DNA of 63,944 bases, filler included, from Octopus bimaculoides (GCF_001194135.2; 6 parts of 6 records of this genome joined end to end with filler, not necessarily neighbours in it); one strand, 5' to 3'; positions 1-13,473 are shown, numbered from the whole stretch's first letter. The notes: generated by a model not told the origin, from the sequence alone. Translations and numbers: made by a program.

Positions 1-8
1 GGGGGAAG

Positions 9-39
<31 letters not shown>

Positions 40-574
40 TTTGTGTGCGTGTGCGCGCATTTGTGGCTGCAGTGTCATTGTTATTACAAGACTCCAACAG
101 GTGTACCATCTTCATTCATATCACCTGTTGCTAGGTTCTCACAGTTGGGCAGGTATTTACAGTCTTGTAGTGCCACCTACTAACTAACTACATGACTGTC
201 AGTCCATTGTATATTTTGGTTTTTGCAGATGTTTATTTATTTAAATCGATACCAGTAGGCGTTACTTCAGCTTTATCGACGACCCCAGAAGGATAAAAAA
301 ATAAGAAAGAACACGTGAAGCTAACTAACGTACGACGCATTTGATCTCATCGATAAAACGATAAAATGTTGCTTTTTATCTGATGCTCTAATAATTTCAT
401 CAACCTACACCATCAGTCACCGAACTTTCTAGATTTATTTATCTATATATTTATATATTTATTTCTTGCAGTGTGATGTTTCTTAAGTTTCTTTTACGTT
501 CTGACTTGAAATCTAGCCGATGTCATCTTTAGCCTTCATCTTTCAGGGATCGATAACAGTTAACAAGCATTCCT

Positions 575-746
575 GATATTGGTTTCAACCCCGGTGTTCA
601 ACTGGTACTTGTTTTGTCGACCTCGAAGGAATGAAATGCAAAGTCGGCCTCGGCAGGATTTGAACTCAGAACTCAGAACGTAAAGGCGGACGAAACGTCC
701 CTTAGCTTCTTGCCCGGCGTGCTAACCATTCTGCCAGTTCGCCACA
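575..746 (-). mobile_element. tRNA-derived SINE, family A (head GGCGGCGAGCTGGCAGAATCGTTAGC)
   Basis: Reverse complement carries the head, a B-box-like GAGTTC-AAATCC and the TTTCATtccttcGAGGTCGAC..AAGTACCAGT body shared with the other family A copies. Confidence 0.85.
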
Positions 747-892
747 TTAACAGTTATTCAGAAGATGAGATCAGTATTGTCAGATATATAATAAATAATA
801 AACATTTAATTTAAATTTACAAAAAAGAAAATAAATAATACATAAATGCATAATGCTAAAAAGAAACCGGTATGGCACACTCAACTTTCGGG

Positions 893-1110
893 AAAATTGG
901 TTTCAAATTTTGGCACAGTGCCAACAATTGTGGGGTGGCTCAAGTAGGTTACAGTACCTCTAGTATTCAACTGGTGCTTATTTTCCCGATTCTGAAAGGA
1001 TAAAAATCCAAGCCTACCTCGGAAGAATTTGAACTCAGAACGTGATGACGGACGAAAAGCCGTTAAGCATTTTGCTCGTCGCGTTAACGATTCTGCCAGC
1101 TCGCTGCCTT
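893..1110 (-). mobile_element. SINE family A, near full length
   Basis: Head, GAGTTCAAATTC B-box, body and the ...GTGCCAAAATTTGAAACCAA tail on the reverse strand. Confidence 0.85.
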
Positions 1111-1239
1111 TGAGCTTAGGAAATATTGGGAATTGTTATTAACTGTCAGGACATTGTATTCTTCAAAAATTCCAGGATGCCCAGAATTCGCAAATACTCC
1201 TCCTGACCTGACTCTTTTACTTTATTCTTTGTTTTTATT

Positions 1240-1420
1240 TTATTTCTTTCAGTCATTTGACTGCGGCCATGCTGGAGCACCGCCTTGAGTCGAACAAATC
1301 GACCCCAGGACTTATTCTTTGTAAGCCTTGTACTTATTCCATCGGTTACGTGGACTTAAACATACCAACATCGGTTGTCAAGCGATGGTGGGGGCACGAA
1401 CGCAGACACACACACACACG
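1240..1420 (-). mobile_element. SINE family C, 3' part (tail ...GGTGCTCCAGCATGGCCGCAGTCAAATGACTGAAA)
   Basis: Matches the copies at 14190, 24505, 37378 and 54145. Confidence 0.85.
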
Positions 1421-1483
1421 AACACACATTCTTTTGTTTCAGACATTTTGACTGCGACCAAGCTGGAGCACCGCCTTAATATT

Positions 1484-1514
<31 letters not shown>

Positions 1515-2196
1515 ATAAGTGAATCAAACAAAATACGTAGCAGCATTAGACGCGGGGTAAATCTTTTCTATATCTAAACTACAAAAACAAAACAAGAACG
1601 CGCATTATACGTCGAAAAATACGATGTTTCTGATGTGCAGTATAGACCATGTAATATTAAAATTGTTAATATTGTGATCTTTCAAGCACCATACGTTGTT
1701 TNNNNNNNNNNNNNNNNNNNNNNNNNNNNNNNNNNNNNNNNNNNNNNNNNNNNNNNNNNNNNNNNNNNNNNNNNNNNNNNNNNNNNNNNNNNNNNNNNNN
1801 NNNNNNNNNNNNNNNNNNNNNNNNNNNNNNNNNNNNNNNNNNNNNNNNNNNNNNNNNNNNNNNNNNNNNNNNNNNNNNNNNNNNNNNNNNNNNNNNNNNN
1901 NNNNNNNNNNNNNNNNNNNNNNNNNNNNNNNNNNNNNNNNNNNNNNNNNNNNNNNNNNNNNNNNNNNNNNNNNNNNNNNNNNNNNNNNNNNNNNNNNNNN
2001 NNNNNNNNNNNNNNNNNNNNNNNNNNNNNNNNNNNNNNNNNNNNNNNNNNNNNNNNNNNNNNNNNNNNNNNNNNNNNNNNNNNNNNNNNNNNNNNNNNNN
2101 NNNNNNNNNNNNNNNNNNNNNNNNNNNNNNNNNNNNNNNNNNNNNNNNNNNNNNNNNNNNNNNNNNNNNNNNNNNNNNNNNNNNNNNNNNNNNNNN

Positions 2197-2525
2197 GTTT
2201 CGATTCCCAGACCAGGCGTTGTGAGTGTTTATTGAGCGAAAATACCTAAAGCTCCACGAGGCTCCGGCAGGGGATGGTGGCGAACCCTGCTGTACTCTTT
2301 CACCACAACTTTCTCCCACTCTTTCTTCCTGTTTCTGTTGTGCCTGTATTTCAAAGGGCCAGCCTTGTCACTATGTGTCACGCTGAATATCCCCGAGAAC
2401 TATGATAAGGGTACACGTGTCTGTGGAGTGCTCAGCCACTTGCATGTTAATTTCACGAGCAGGCTGTTCCGTTGATCGGATCAACTGGAACCCTCGACGT
2501 CGTAAGCGACGGAGTGTCAACAACA
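2197..2525 (+). mobile_element. SINE family B (body CTCCGGCAGGGGATGGTGGCGAACCCTGCTGTACTC...; tail ...CGTAAGCGACGGAGTG)
   Basis: Highly similar to 18398-18755, 32067-32339 and 36317-36679. The 5' end lies in the gap. Confidence 0.9.
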
Positions 2526-3396
2526 CCAAATTCACATGGAAGTGTTTTGGTCGCCCCACAGCTACAGTAGAAAACACTTATCGAAGGTGGCATACAATGA
2601 GATTGAACATGAAATCACATGGTTGAGAAACAAGCGTCTTACCTACATACCCACACCTACCCACTGAACACTTCACAAGCTTTTAATTTATAGATTTGCT
2701 TTTAGCACGCATTTGCTTTTATGTGGGAAATTAGCTGCATTTCAGCGAGAAATATATATTTTTTATAATGTTGTAAAAATTGTTTTAATAGTATTGATAT
2801 ATCATTGATATCGCTAGTTATCGATCTCAACTATTAAATACATTTTTATGTGATAAATAGGAATAAATATGAAAATGAAAATAAAATTTGCTGAAATTAG
2901 ATTTTGTGAGATAAACGAAGGTTGGCTTTTAAATTCCCGTTAAGTGTGTGCAAGTGTAGTCACGTGTGTGGGTATGTCAGTGTATGTTCATGAGTATGAA
3001 TGTATGTATGTGTGTATGTATATATGTATGGGCATGTGTGGGTATACTCAGTATGTTCGGCAATGTACATAGTATATATATATATATATNNNNNNNNNNN
3101 NNNNNNNNNNNNNNNNNNNNNNNNNNNNNNNNNNNNNNNNNNNNNNNNNNNNNNNNNNNNNNNNNNNNNNNNNNNNNNNNNNNNNNNNNNNNNNNNNNNN
3201 NNNNNNNNNNNNNNNNNNNNNNNNNNNNNNNNNNNNNNNNNNNNNNNNNNNNNNNNNNNNNNNNNNNNNNNNNNNNNNNNNNNNNNNNNNNNNNNNNNNN
3301 NNNNNNNNNATATACACATATACATATAGATGTGTATGTGCTTTGTGAGATAAACTAATGTTTGGTTTTAAATCCACAATAGTGTTAGTGTGTATA

Positions 3397-3436
<40 letters not shown>

Positions 3437-3750
3437 GTATATGTGTTTGTGAAAGTATGTGTGCATGAATGTATGTATTTTTATATATGCATGCATGTAT
3501 GTCGCTGTGTATTTATGTGTGTACGAATGTATGTATATGTGTATGCATGCATGTATGCGTGTGTATGTATATATGTATGTGTGTAGGTATTTACAAGCAT
3601 GTTGCTATGTATGTGTGTGTATGCACATGTGTATGGCTGCTTGTATTTATTTATGTATGTATGTATTCATATATATATATCAGTGTGTGTATGAATGTAT
3701 GTGTGTGTAAGCGTGTATACGTGTGCGTATGTGTGTGTGTCAGTGAGCAT

Positions 3751-3781
<31 letters not shown>

Positions 3782-3836
3782 CAGGAGATAGAGGAGGATT
3801 TTCTGTGAAATCATTTAGCATTCTAGAGAATTGCAT

Positions 3837-3921
<85 letters not shown>

Positions 3922-4151
3922 ACACACATTGCTGCCTTATCCTAGAAATCTATTGAAATCTATAAATGTGTATATATATATGCTCGTGTTCTCGCGTGTT
4001 TTCTTGTGTAAGTGTGTGTATTACTATGAATGCGTGTGTGAACAGATATGTAATTAATGGAAATTTTAGATACATTAATTGAAAAATCCTCTAATTTCTT
4101 TCTCTCTCACTCTGTCTCTTTCTCTTTGTGTATCTATCTATCCATCTATCT

Positions 4152-4195
<44 letters not shown>

Positions 4196-4706
4196 ATACA
4201 TACGTACAATACACATACTTACACTCACACACACATACTCACACACATAGACTCACACACATAGACTCACACACACACGCACACACACACACACTCACAA
4301 ATACACACACATATGCACACAGTGGAAATAAAGCAGCGACAGACAATTTGCTTCCAATTTATCTCAATAATCTTTATATACCCACACGCGCGCGCGCATG
4401 CACACACACACACACGCACACATACATACACTATGCATGCATACATACACTCACAACTCTATACACCCATTTATGCGGATACACATACATACATACACAC
4501 ATATACATATATACATACATACACACTTACACACACACACACAAATATATATATACACCTGAAGTCTGATTTATAGTCAGTGCCTCCCCCACCACACACA
4601 CACTCACCCTTTGTTACAAATTAGCGTAGACTTATGTTATTATATCCCATAATTCCATCTTTTATATCTGGTTGTGAACGATACAATCATCTCAGTGAAT
4701 GTAATA

Positions 4707-4741
<35 letters not shown>

Positions 4742-4744
4742 AAT

Positions 4745-4895
4745 AATGGTTTCAAATTTTGCCACAAGGGCGGCAATTTTGGGGGAGGGGATGAGTCGAT
4801 TACATCAACTGGTATTTATTCAAGTTGTATTTATTTTATCGACCCCGGAAGGGTGAAAGGCAAAGTCGACCTCGGCGGAATTAGAACTCAGAAAG
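4745..4895 (-). mobile_element. SINE family A, partial
   Basis: Tail GGTTTCAAATTTTGCCACAAG and body GACCCCGGAAGGGTGAAAGGCAAAGTCGACCTCGGCGGAATT. Confidence 0.8.
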
Positions 4896-6014
4896 TAGTT
4901 ATAGACAGCACAGGACAAAACAAAGAATGTATGTGTGTATGTGTGTGAGTGTGTGTTATTGTGAAGGTTTTGCGTGTAAACAAGGCTAACAAAATTTTAA
5001 AAATAGGAAATCAACAATGTGTAATGCTTAGTAGCAAGGAGACGCTTGAGGGCTGCTCATGGGAAAAACCCCTAAAAAACCCTAGGTACCCTGACTTTTG
5101 GGGTAGGTGCCTTTTTTAATAATAATATTAACTTTACAGCAATGAATGAAACACCAAAAACACACAAGAGATCAATAAAAGACTGGCTGAGAAATGTTCA
5201 TAATGGTTATGATAAATACCTATATTATTGGTATGAGATAATAGCATGTCATGATAGGTGAAACCGAAAGCTAGATGAAAAGAAGGAAGATGCGCAGGCA
5301 GACACAGTTCTTTCAAGAGTAACAAGACTAGATGCGCGCAGTTGGTGCGTTCCTTGCACTTTTCCTCTGAAGACGAAATAGACTGATATTAAAATGATTA
5401 CGGACTGCTAGCAGAAAATTGCACCAACGACACATCGGTTCTTGAAACAGCCGTAGGATATACCTGCACATCTTCCGTCTTCTCCAGCTTTGGATTTTAC
5501 ATATAATAATCTGGATTAAATTACTCATGTTAATAATCCGGACTTATATTATAATAGTTCCAGGAGAATACCGGATTATATCACAACCACTACGAGCATA
5601 CTTTTATTCCGTTATACACGTGCTTGCTTGATTGAGGTACTGCTTATTGCCAATCCTCATTTAGGAAGATATATCATCTCTGCATTTTTGTTTGCATTTC
5701 AAGCTGAAGCTTTAGACAGCGAATCAATCTAAGTAGAAATTGCAAGTGCCTATTATCTTACGTCATCAGACATAATATTATGTAAAATATACGTATGCAT
5801 GTCTGCGTGTATGTGTGTATGTGTGTGTGTGTGTGTGTGTGTATAAAGAGAGAGTGAGAGAGGGAAAGGGAGAGAAACTCAGACGAAACTTGAAAGTCAA
5901 TGACCCCTTATTCTTGTTGAGTAAACATATTCTATCAAAATGTCGGAAGTAATTCTTCAGTCTGAAGTCAAATTGATTTTATTATAACCTGCCAGAAAAA
6001 AAACAAACATTAAA

Positions 6015-6055
<41 letters not shown>

Positions 6056-6984
6056 TGTATGTATGTTTGTATGTATATATGCATGTGTATATATATANNN
6101 NNNNNNNNNNNNNNNNNNNNNNNNNNNNNNNNNNNNNNNNNNNNNNNNNNNNNNNNNNNNNNNNNNNNNNNNNNNNNNNNNNNNNNNNNNNNNNNNNNNN
6201 NNNNNNNNNNNNNNNNNNNNNNNNNNNNNNNNNNNNNNNNNNNNNNNNNNNNNNNNNNNNNNNNNNNNNNNNNNNNNNNNNNNNNNNNNNNNNNNNNNNN
6301 NNNNNNNNNNNNNNNNNNNNNNNNNNNNNNNNNNNNNNNNNNNNNNNNNNNNNNNNNNNNNNNNNNNNNNNNNNNNNNNNNNNNNNNNNNNNNNNNNNNN
6401 NNNNNNNNNNNNNNNNNNNNNNNNNNNNNNNNNNNNNNNNNNNNNNNNNNNNNNNNNNNNNNNNNNNNNNNNNNNNNNNNNNNNNNNNNNNNNNNNNNNN
6501 NNNNNNNNNNNNNNNNNNNNNNNNNNNNNNNNNNNNNNNNNNNNNNNNNNNNNNNNNNNNNNNNNNNNNNNNNNNNNNNNNNNNNNNNNNNNNNNNNNNN
6601 NNNNNNNNNNNNNNNNNNNNNNNNNNNNNNNNNNNNNNNNNNNNNNNNNNNNNNNNNNNNNNNNNNNNNNNNNNNNNNNNNNNNNNNNNNNNNNNNNNNN
6701 NNNNNNNNNNNNNNNNNNNNNNNNNNNNNNNNNNNNNNNNNNNNNNNNNNNNNNNNNNNNNNNNNNNNNNNNNNNNNNNNNNNNNNNNNNNNNNNNNNNN
6801 NNNNNNNNNNNNNNNNNNNNNNNNNNNNNNNNNNNNNNNNNNNNNNNNNNNNNNNTATGTAATTATTATTATTATTGTCATTATTCTTGAAGTGTTGAAT
6901 ATTCAAATTATGGTTTTCATAACATTAATAACATCAGCACAACTCCAACTACCACTGCTACTACTGCTGCTGCTGCTGCTGATT

Positions 6985-7020
<36 letters not shown>

Positions 7021-7576
7021 ATAATAATAATAATAATAATAATAATGATAATAATAATAATAATGACAGAACTAATAGTTTCTATTTTTCTAAGGTCACG
7101 AACGTTCAGTACAGTTACCAAAAAAATATATTGAAATCAGTGAAATAGTTAAGAGATATTAAATACTTAAATGGAGAAAAGAAAAGAATATATATATACA
7201 TACATACACATACATACATACATACATATATATATACATATAAACACATACATGCATATATATATATATATACATATATAATTGTGTGTGTGTGTGTGTG
7301 TACAGATATGTGTTTGTGTATGTATCTGGGAATTAATTTAAAATTAAAAACAATCCCTTTGCACAATATTTTCTCAGCTGCGATAAATTGATTGTTGAAT
7401 TACAGGGTGTTAAAGATAGGCCAATACAAGTGTTTGTGTATACATGTCTTTGTGTGTTTTACATATATAAAATATATATACATAAACGCACATATACGTT
7501 TATGCTTACATATACACACATACATACACGCATACATATATATTTATATATATGGCAGATATAAACAGGTTATATA

Positions 7577-7691
<115 letters not shown>

Positions 7692-7859
7692 ACATATAAG
7701 TCCATATATACACACACTCATATACATTTATATATCTACCATAGATAAATATAAACAGACTAGAGATTCAATATAATGATGTATTTGTCTATTGTTTGTG
7801 TATTGATATATATTTATAAGTATTCGTCTACTTCTGAGGCTAAGTATAAATATACATAA

Positions 7860-7890
<31 letters not shown>

Positions 7891-8233
7891 CATATATACA
7901 TACATACATACATACATACATACATACATAAATATGTGTGTGTACGTGTGTCTGTGTGTATTACGATAGAAGCAAAATATACATATCTATGAATATATGA
8001 ATATATATATACATACACACATATATGTTTTATTTATGAGCATGTTTTTGTGAGTGTATATTCGTGTGTGTATATGTTGGTGTATACTTGTGTGAGGGTA
8101 CTTACGAATGAGTGTATATATATTACCATGTGTTACTCAGTAAGTATATATTGATAAATGTGTATTAGTTTATGTCGGTGTATAAATATATAAACATACA
8201 TTTATGTATGTGTAGTGAAATATATATATGTAC

Positions 8234-8302
<69 letters not shown>

Positions 8303-8839
8303 TACATACACACACACATATATATATATATGTGTGTATATCTGTGTGTGTGTGTGTGTGTGTGTGTTCATATATACATATGTGTGTGTATATATGTACG
8401 TACGTATGTGTTCGTATGTGCGTATGTGCGTATGTGCAATTATGCATGTATATATGTATACATACGACTACGTGTATGTGATTATGTGTATATAAATGTA
8501 CGTATGTCTATATGTCTATATGTAATCATGTGTCCACCTCAACATGTATGTATTACCAACAGTGTTTTTATATTTTTATTTCCAATTTAAAAACAATGTC
8601 CCAGATTAAATTTATTTCCAAGATGAATTTGTTTATGGAACATTCCAGACGAACTGAAAACTATAAATAAGTTTTCGGGATTTGGATAAACACACATATG
8701 GAATGTGATATGTAGATATACATATACATACATACATATAGGCTTACATGCACGCACAAGCACACACACAGTCACACATTCACACATTCGTAGTCCCGTT
8801 CTCACGTATGCACGCGCGTCAAAGATAAGAAACATGTTG

Positions 8840-8915
8840 AACTCAGAACGTAAAGACTAACGAAATACTGCTAAAGCATTTCACCCGGCGTGCTAACGTT
8901 TCTGCCACCTCGCCG
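8840..8915 (-). mobile_element. SINE family A, head only
   Basis: GAACTCAGAACGTAAAGAC...CGGCGTGCTAACGTTTCTGCCACCTCGCC. Confidence 0.75.
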
Positions 8916-9044
8916 TCTACTGATTCATGTATATTGTAGTTTGCTATAAAATAAATACTACTGGACCCAGCTTATTGATGTTCCCGGGGGCCCTACAATA
9001 CTGCAGAAACGGTCCTAGCCAATTGTAAGCAAATGGCTTTTGCC

Positions 9045-9190
9045 TCGAAGGGTTTAGTCGAATAAATCAACCCCAGTACTTTTTTTCAAAGTCTGGTATT
9101 TATTCTATCGCTATCTTTTTGCAGAACCGCTAAGTTACGAGGGCGTAAACAAACCAAAACCGGTTGTCAAGCGGTGAGTAGAACAGACAT
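9045..9190 (-). mobile_element. SINE family C, 3' part
   Basis: TTTAGTCGAATAAATCAACCCCAGTAC...GAACCGCTAAGTTACG...GGTTGTCAAGCG. Confidence 0.8.
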
Positions 9191-9379
9191 AAACAGAAAA
9201 GCAGAAGCACACATACATATGAATTTGTCTTAATATTGTCACATTTCCGATAATTAATCAATCGTCTCTTAATTTGGCATTGCAATATTGCTGCTAATTA
9301 AAGGACCGTTAACGAATTTAGCCCATATTAACCGCAACCAACAAAGGACTTCATAATGGCGTTGATGAAGTCTGAGGTG

Positions 9380-9441
9380 GAAAAGGATGCGAGGTAGGGA
9401 TTTTATAACCTCAAGATTCCGAGTTCGATTCCAGGCAGTTA

Positions 9442-9509
<68 letters not shown>

Positions 9510-9663
9510 GCAACATCGAAAAATACCTTAGGAATGAGAACCCAGGTTCGAAATTTCCCCAAGACACCTGATGAAGATATATCAACCGAAACGTCGTGTT
9601 AACAACAAACAAGATGAGGACAAATATCCGTCAAATGTAAATAATGTAAATAATGTAAATAAT
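9380..9663 (+). mobile_element. Short retroelement-like unit: B-box, (AAT)n, hammerhead-ribozyme-like core and (GTAAATAAT)x3 tail
   Basis: GTTCGATTC 9423-9431; CTGATGA 9568-9574; GAAA-CG-TC 9588-9595; GACAC/GTGTT can pair; tandem tail 9637-9663. Confidence 0.6.
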
Positions 9664-9919
9664 GTCTCCCATCATCTCGTGGCACCGCTGTTTTGATGTC
9701 TGATCATTTACTGATAAGTTTGGTGTCGGTTGTATATCTCCACTGACCATTCACCCGTCATTACCACCACCACCACCAGTATATATTCATAAATATGTGG
9801 GTGCATGTATGTATATGTGAATCTATCTATCTATCTATCAGTCCGCCAGTCTTTCTATATATCTCTCTCTCTCTTCTATCTCGCTCTCTCTCTCTCTCAT
9901 CTCTCTCACTATATATATG

Positions 9920-9975
<56 letters not shown>

Positions 9976-10091
9976 TGTCTATGCACATACACATATATGT
10001 ACACAAGTTGATGGAGCGTCTGTCGATTCTTGATGGGAGTCATAGAAGTGCCCCCGAAACAAACGAATGGGAGTGCGTACCCCTTTCCCCG

Positions 10092-10124
<33 letters not shown>

Positions 10125-10564
10125 GTATGAATATACGGAGGGATGGATGGACGTGTATATGCATATAGAAAATGTATATATATGCGTGTCTATGCACATA
10201 TATATATATGTACACAATTGGTGGAGCGTGTCACGATTTTTGATGGAGTGGTAGTAGCGTCCCCGAAACGCACTCAAATAGCGTGTGCGCACACACACCT
10301 GCATACATACACACACAATAGCGTGCGCGTACGTTAACTGATAAAATGAGTTAGTGTTGGGATGTTCACAATTTTTTTAAAATCAAGTAATAGCAGTAAA
10401 ATCTGCACACCTCAAGCTAAATAAACAATGTAAAACTTTCAATTTTTCGCCTCACGTAACACCAGACGATCGATCCGCCATTTTGTGAGGATTAGTTTTC
10501 TAATTACATTTTTGCCTCCAAACAATATTTCAAGCAGACACGCACGCATGCGCGAGCACACACA

Positions 10565-10600
<36 letters not shown>

Positions 10601-10963
10601 NNNNNNNNNNNNNNNNNGAATTCTCCATTTACACATAATTTACACACACACACACAAACACACACAAACACACACACACACACACACACTCACTCACTCA
10701 CACACACATTACACATCACACATACATATATAACATAATATAACAATAATATTTGTAGACAGATAGATAGATAGATAGATAGATAGATACAGATAGATAC
10801 ATACATACATTACATACATACACACATGCATACATACATACATACATACATACATACATACATAGATACATAAATATAGATACATAGATATAGATATATA
10901 TACATTTACATATATTTATATGTATGTATGTTATATATGTAGATATGTTTATATATATATGTG

Positions 10964-10998
<35 letters not shown>

Positions 10999-11256
10999 NN
11001 NNNNNNNNNNNNNNNNNNNNNNNNNNNNNNNNNNNNNNNNNNNNNNNNNNNNNNNNNNNNNNNNNNNNNNNNNNNNNNNNNNNNNNNNNNNNNNNNNNNN
11101 NNNNNNNNNNNNNNNNNNNNNNNNNNNNNNNNNNNNNNNNNNNNNNNNNNNNNNNNNNNNNNNNNNNNNNNNNNNNNNNNNNNNNNNNNNNNNNNNNNNN
11201 NNNNNNNNNNNNNNNNNNNNNNNNNNNNNNNNNNNNNNNNNNNNNNNNNNNNNNNN

Positions 11257-11312
<56 letters not shown>

Positions 11313-12010
11313 CATGTATATATATTCAACTAAACGATACATCTTATTTCGTCTGCAATATTTTCAAGTCAAAGGAACCAAAAAATTTACAACGATGCAA
11401 TTAACAATAATACTAACGTTATTAATAGTAGTCATAGTAGTAGTAGTAGTAGTAGTAGTAGTAGAACATCTACTACTATTACAAATAATAATAATGATCA
11501 TAACTACCCTTATCAGACGGGTAGTCATGATGGGTATACTGGGCTTCGTATATTTGTACCCCTGTGTCACTTTGATGGCATGCACTGCTCTCTCACTCCA
11601 TAATAATAATAATAATAATAATGATAATAATAATAATAAAGGGAAGGAAAATAAGAATAAGAAAAATTAGAAGAGGAAGAAGAAAATGATAATAATGTTG
11701 ATGATGATGTTGATGGTGATGCTGATGATGATGCTGATGATGATGATAAAATAATAATAACAATAATAATGAGGAGGATGAGGAGTAGAATAAGAAGGAG
11801 GAGGAGGAGGAGAAGAGGAGGAGGAGAAGGAGGAGGAGGAGGCTGATGATGATGATCTTCAAGATGAACAAGAAAAAAATCTTCATTTAAGAAAATAAAA
11901 AATGTTGGAAAAGAACGACACAAGAGCAATAAAAACCCCAAAGAAAATCAAAAATCATCTCCTAGCCCTCTCCCCACCCGTCATTATCACCCTTGGAAAA
12001 AATAAAAGAT

Positions 12011-12074
<64 letters not shown>

Positions 12075-12440
12075 CAGGAAGTCAAATTAAAACAACTTCC
12101 TTTTTTGCTACATGACAAACAAATAGTTTAGTTTCCTTGTCATGTAGAACAACAAACCATTTGCACCTGTTAACACCTGCAGTTTACATACACCAAAATA
12201 TTTCACTTGTGTCTGCAGTCTATATATATAGATATATAGTAGTATATGCATAGTTATGTGGTGAATGTAGAGGTTACTGTATACGAATGAGAATTGACTT
12301 CTTTTTTTGAGTATTCATAGATGTGTGCGTGTGTATGTGTGTGTGTATATGTGTGCGTGTCTGTATGTGTGTATGCATGCGTATGCGCGCGTATATAGAC
12401 ACACACGCATATATACATACATAGACACATGCACACGCAC

Positions 12441-12495
<55 letters not shown>

Positions 12496-12817
12496 TGAAG
12501 AACCTACAAGAATAGGTGCAAGCGCTAATATTTATAAAACATGTGACATATTAGTAAAAATCTGTAAATGTACAACCAAACAGATATCTGAGTACCTTAC
12601 TATTTGTTCTNNNNNNNNNNNNNNNNNNNNNNNNNNNNNNNNNNNNNNNNNNNNNNNNNNNNNNNNNNNNNNNNNNNNNNNNNNNNNNNNNNNNNNNNNN
12701 NNNNNNNNNNNNNNNNNNNNNNNNNNNNNNNNNATATATATACACAGATATATTTACATTTTATACATATATTTATACACACAAATATGCAGTTGGAAAT
12801 GAACGCATCTATCTATC

Positions 12818-12862
<45 letters not shown>

Positions 12863-13419
12863 TTATATATGCATTCTATGCATCTATGTATATATATATT
12901 TATTTTTATATGTATGTATGTCTGTATGTATGCATGTTTGTCCGTCTGTCTCTCTATATGTGTATGTATGTACTGTATATATGTGCGAATGCATGCATAC
13001 ATGCATACGCATGCGTGAGTGCAAGCGTGCGTGCGTGAGTGCCTAGAATCGCTGATAAGCGATCGTTCAGTCACTCTCGAGCCAATTACGATATAATCAC
13101 CGGCTGACTAATGTCCGTCCTCTTGTAATGTCGTCCATTGGTGGATGTTTTTGTGACTGGCTCATTGCAGCTAGAGCCAATTAGCACTGGTCACTGGCCA
13201 CTGACCGTCTCATGATAGTCCTAACTGACCATAACTGACCGTAATCATTGGAACAAATCAATAGGTTAATAGAATATTTACGTTTCTATTCTATCATTAT
13301 TGTTGTTGTTGTTTCGCATCTATTATTCTGACATTGTAATTTAGAGAGTCTTCTTTAATGTTTTCTTTTTATTTCTTCTTCGTTACTCAATACGCTTGTC
13401 TGTCTGTCCGTTTGTCTCC

Positions 13420-13473
<54 letters not shown>

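Noticed and set aside
86-178. Minus-strand terminal exon VALQDCKYLPNCENLATGDMNEDGTPVGVL*
   Set aside because: It looks protein-like, but the only possible acceptor (tagttagttagtag) has no pyrimidine tract.
5050-5585. Possible transposon ends or exon (short hairpins, ATAATCCGG/CCGGATTAT)
   Set aside because: Inverted repeats are short, no matching termini or TSD were found, and all frames close quickly.
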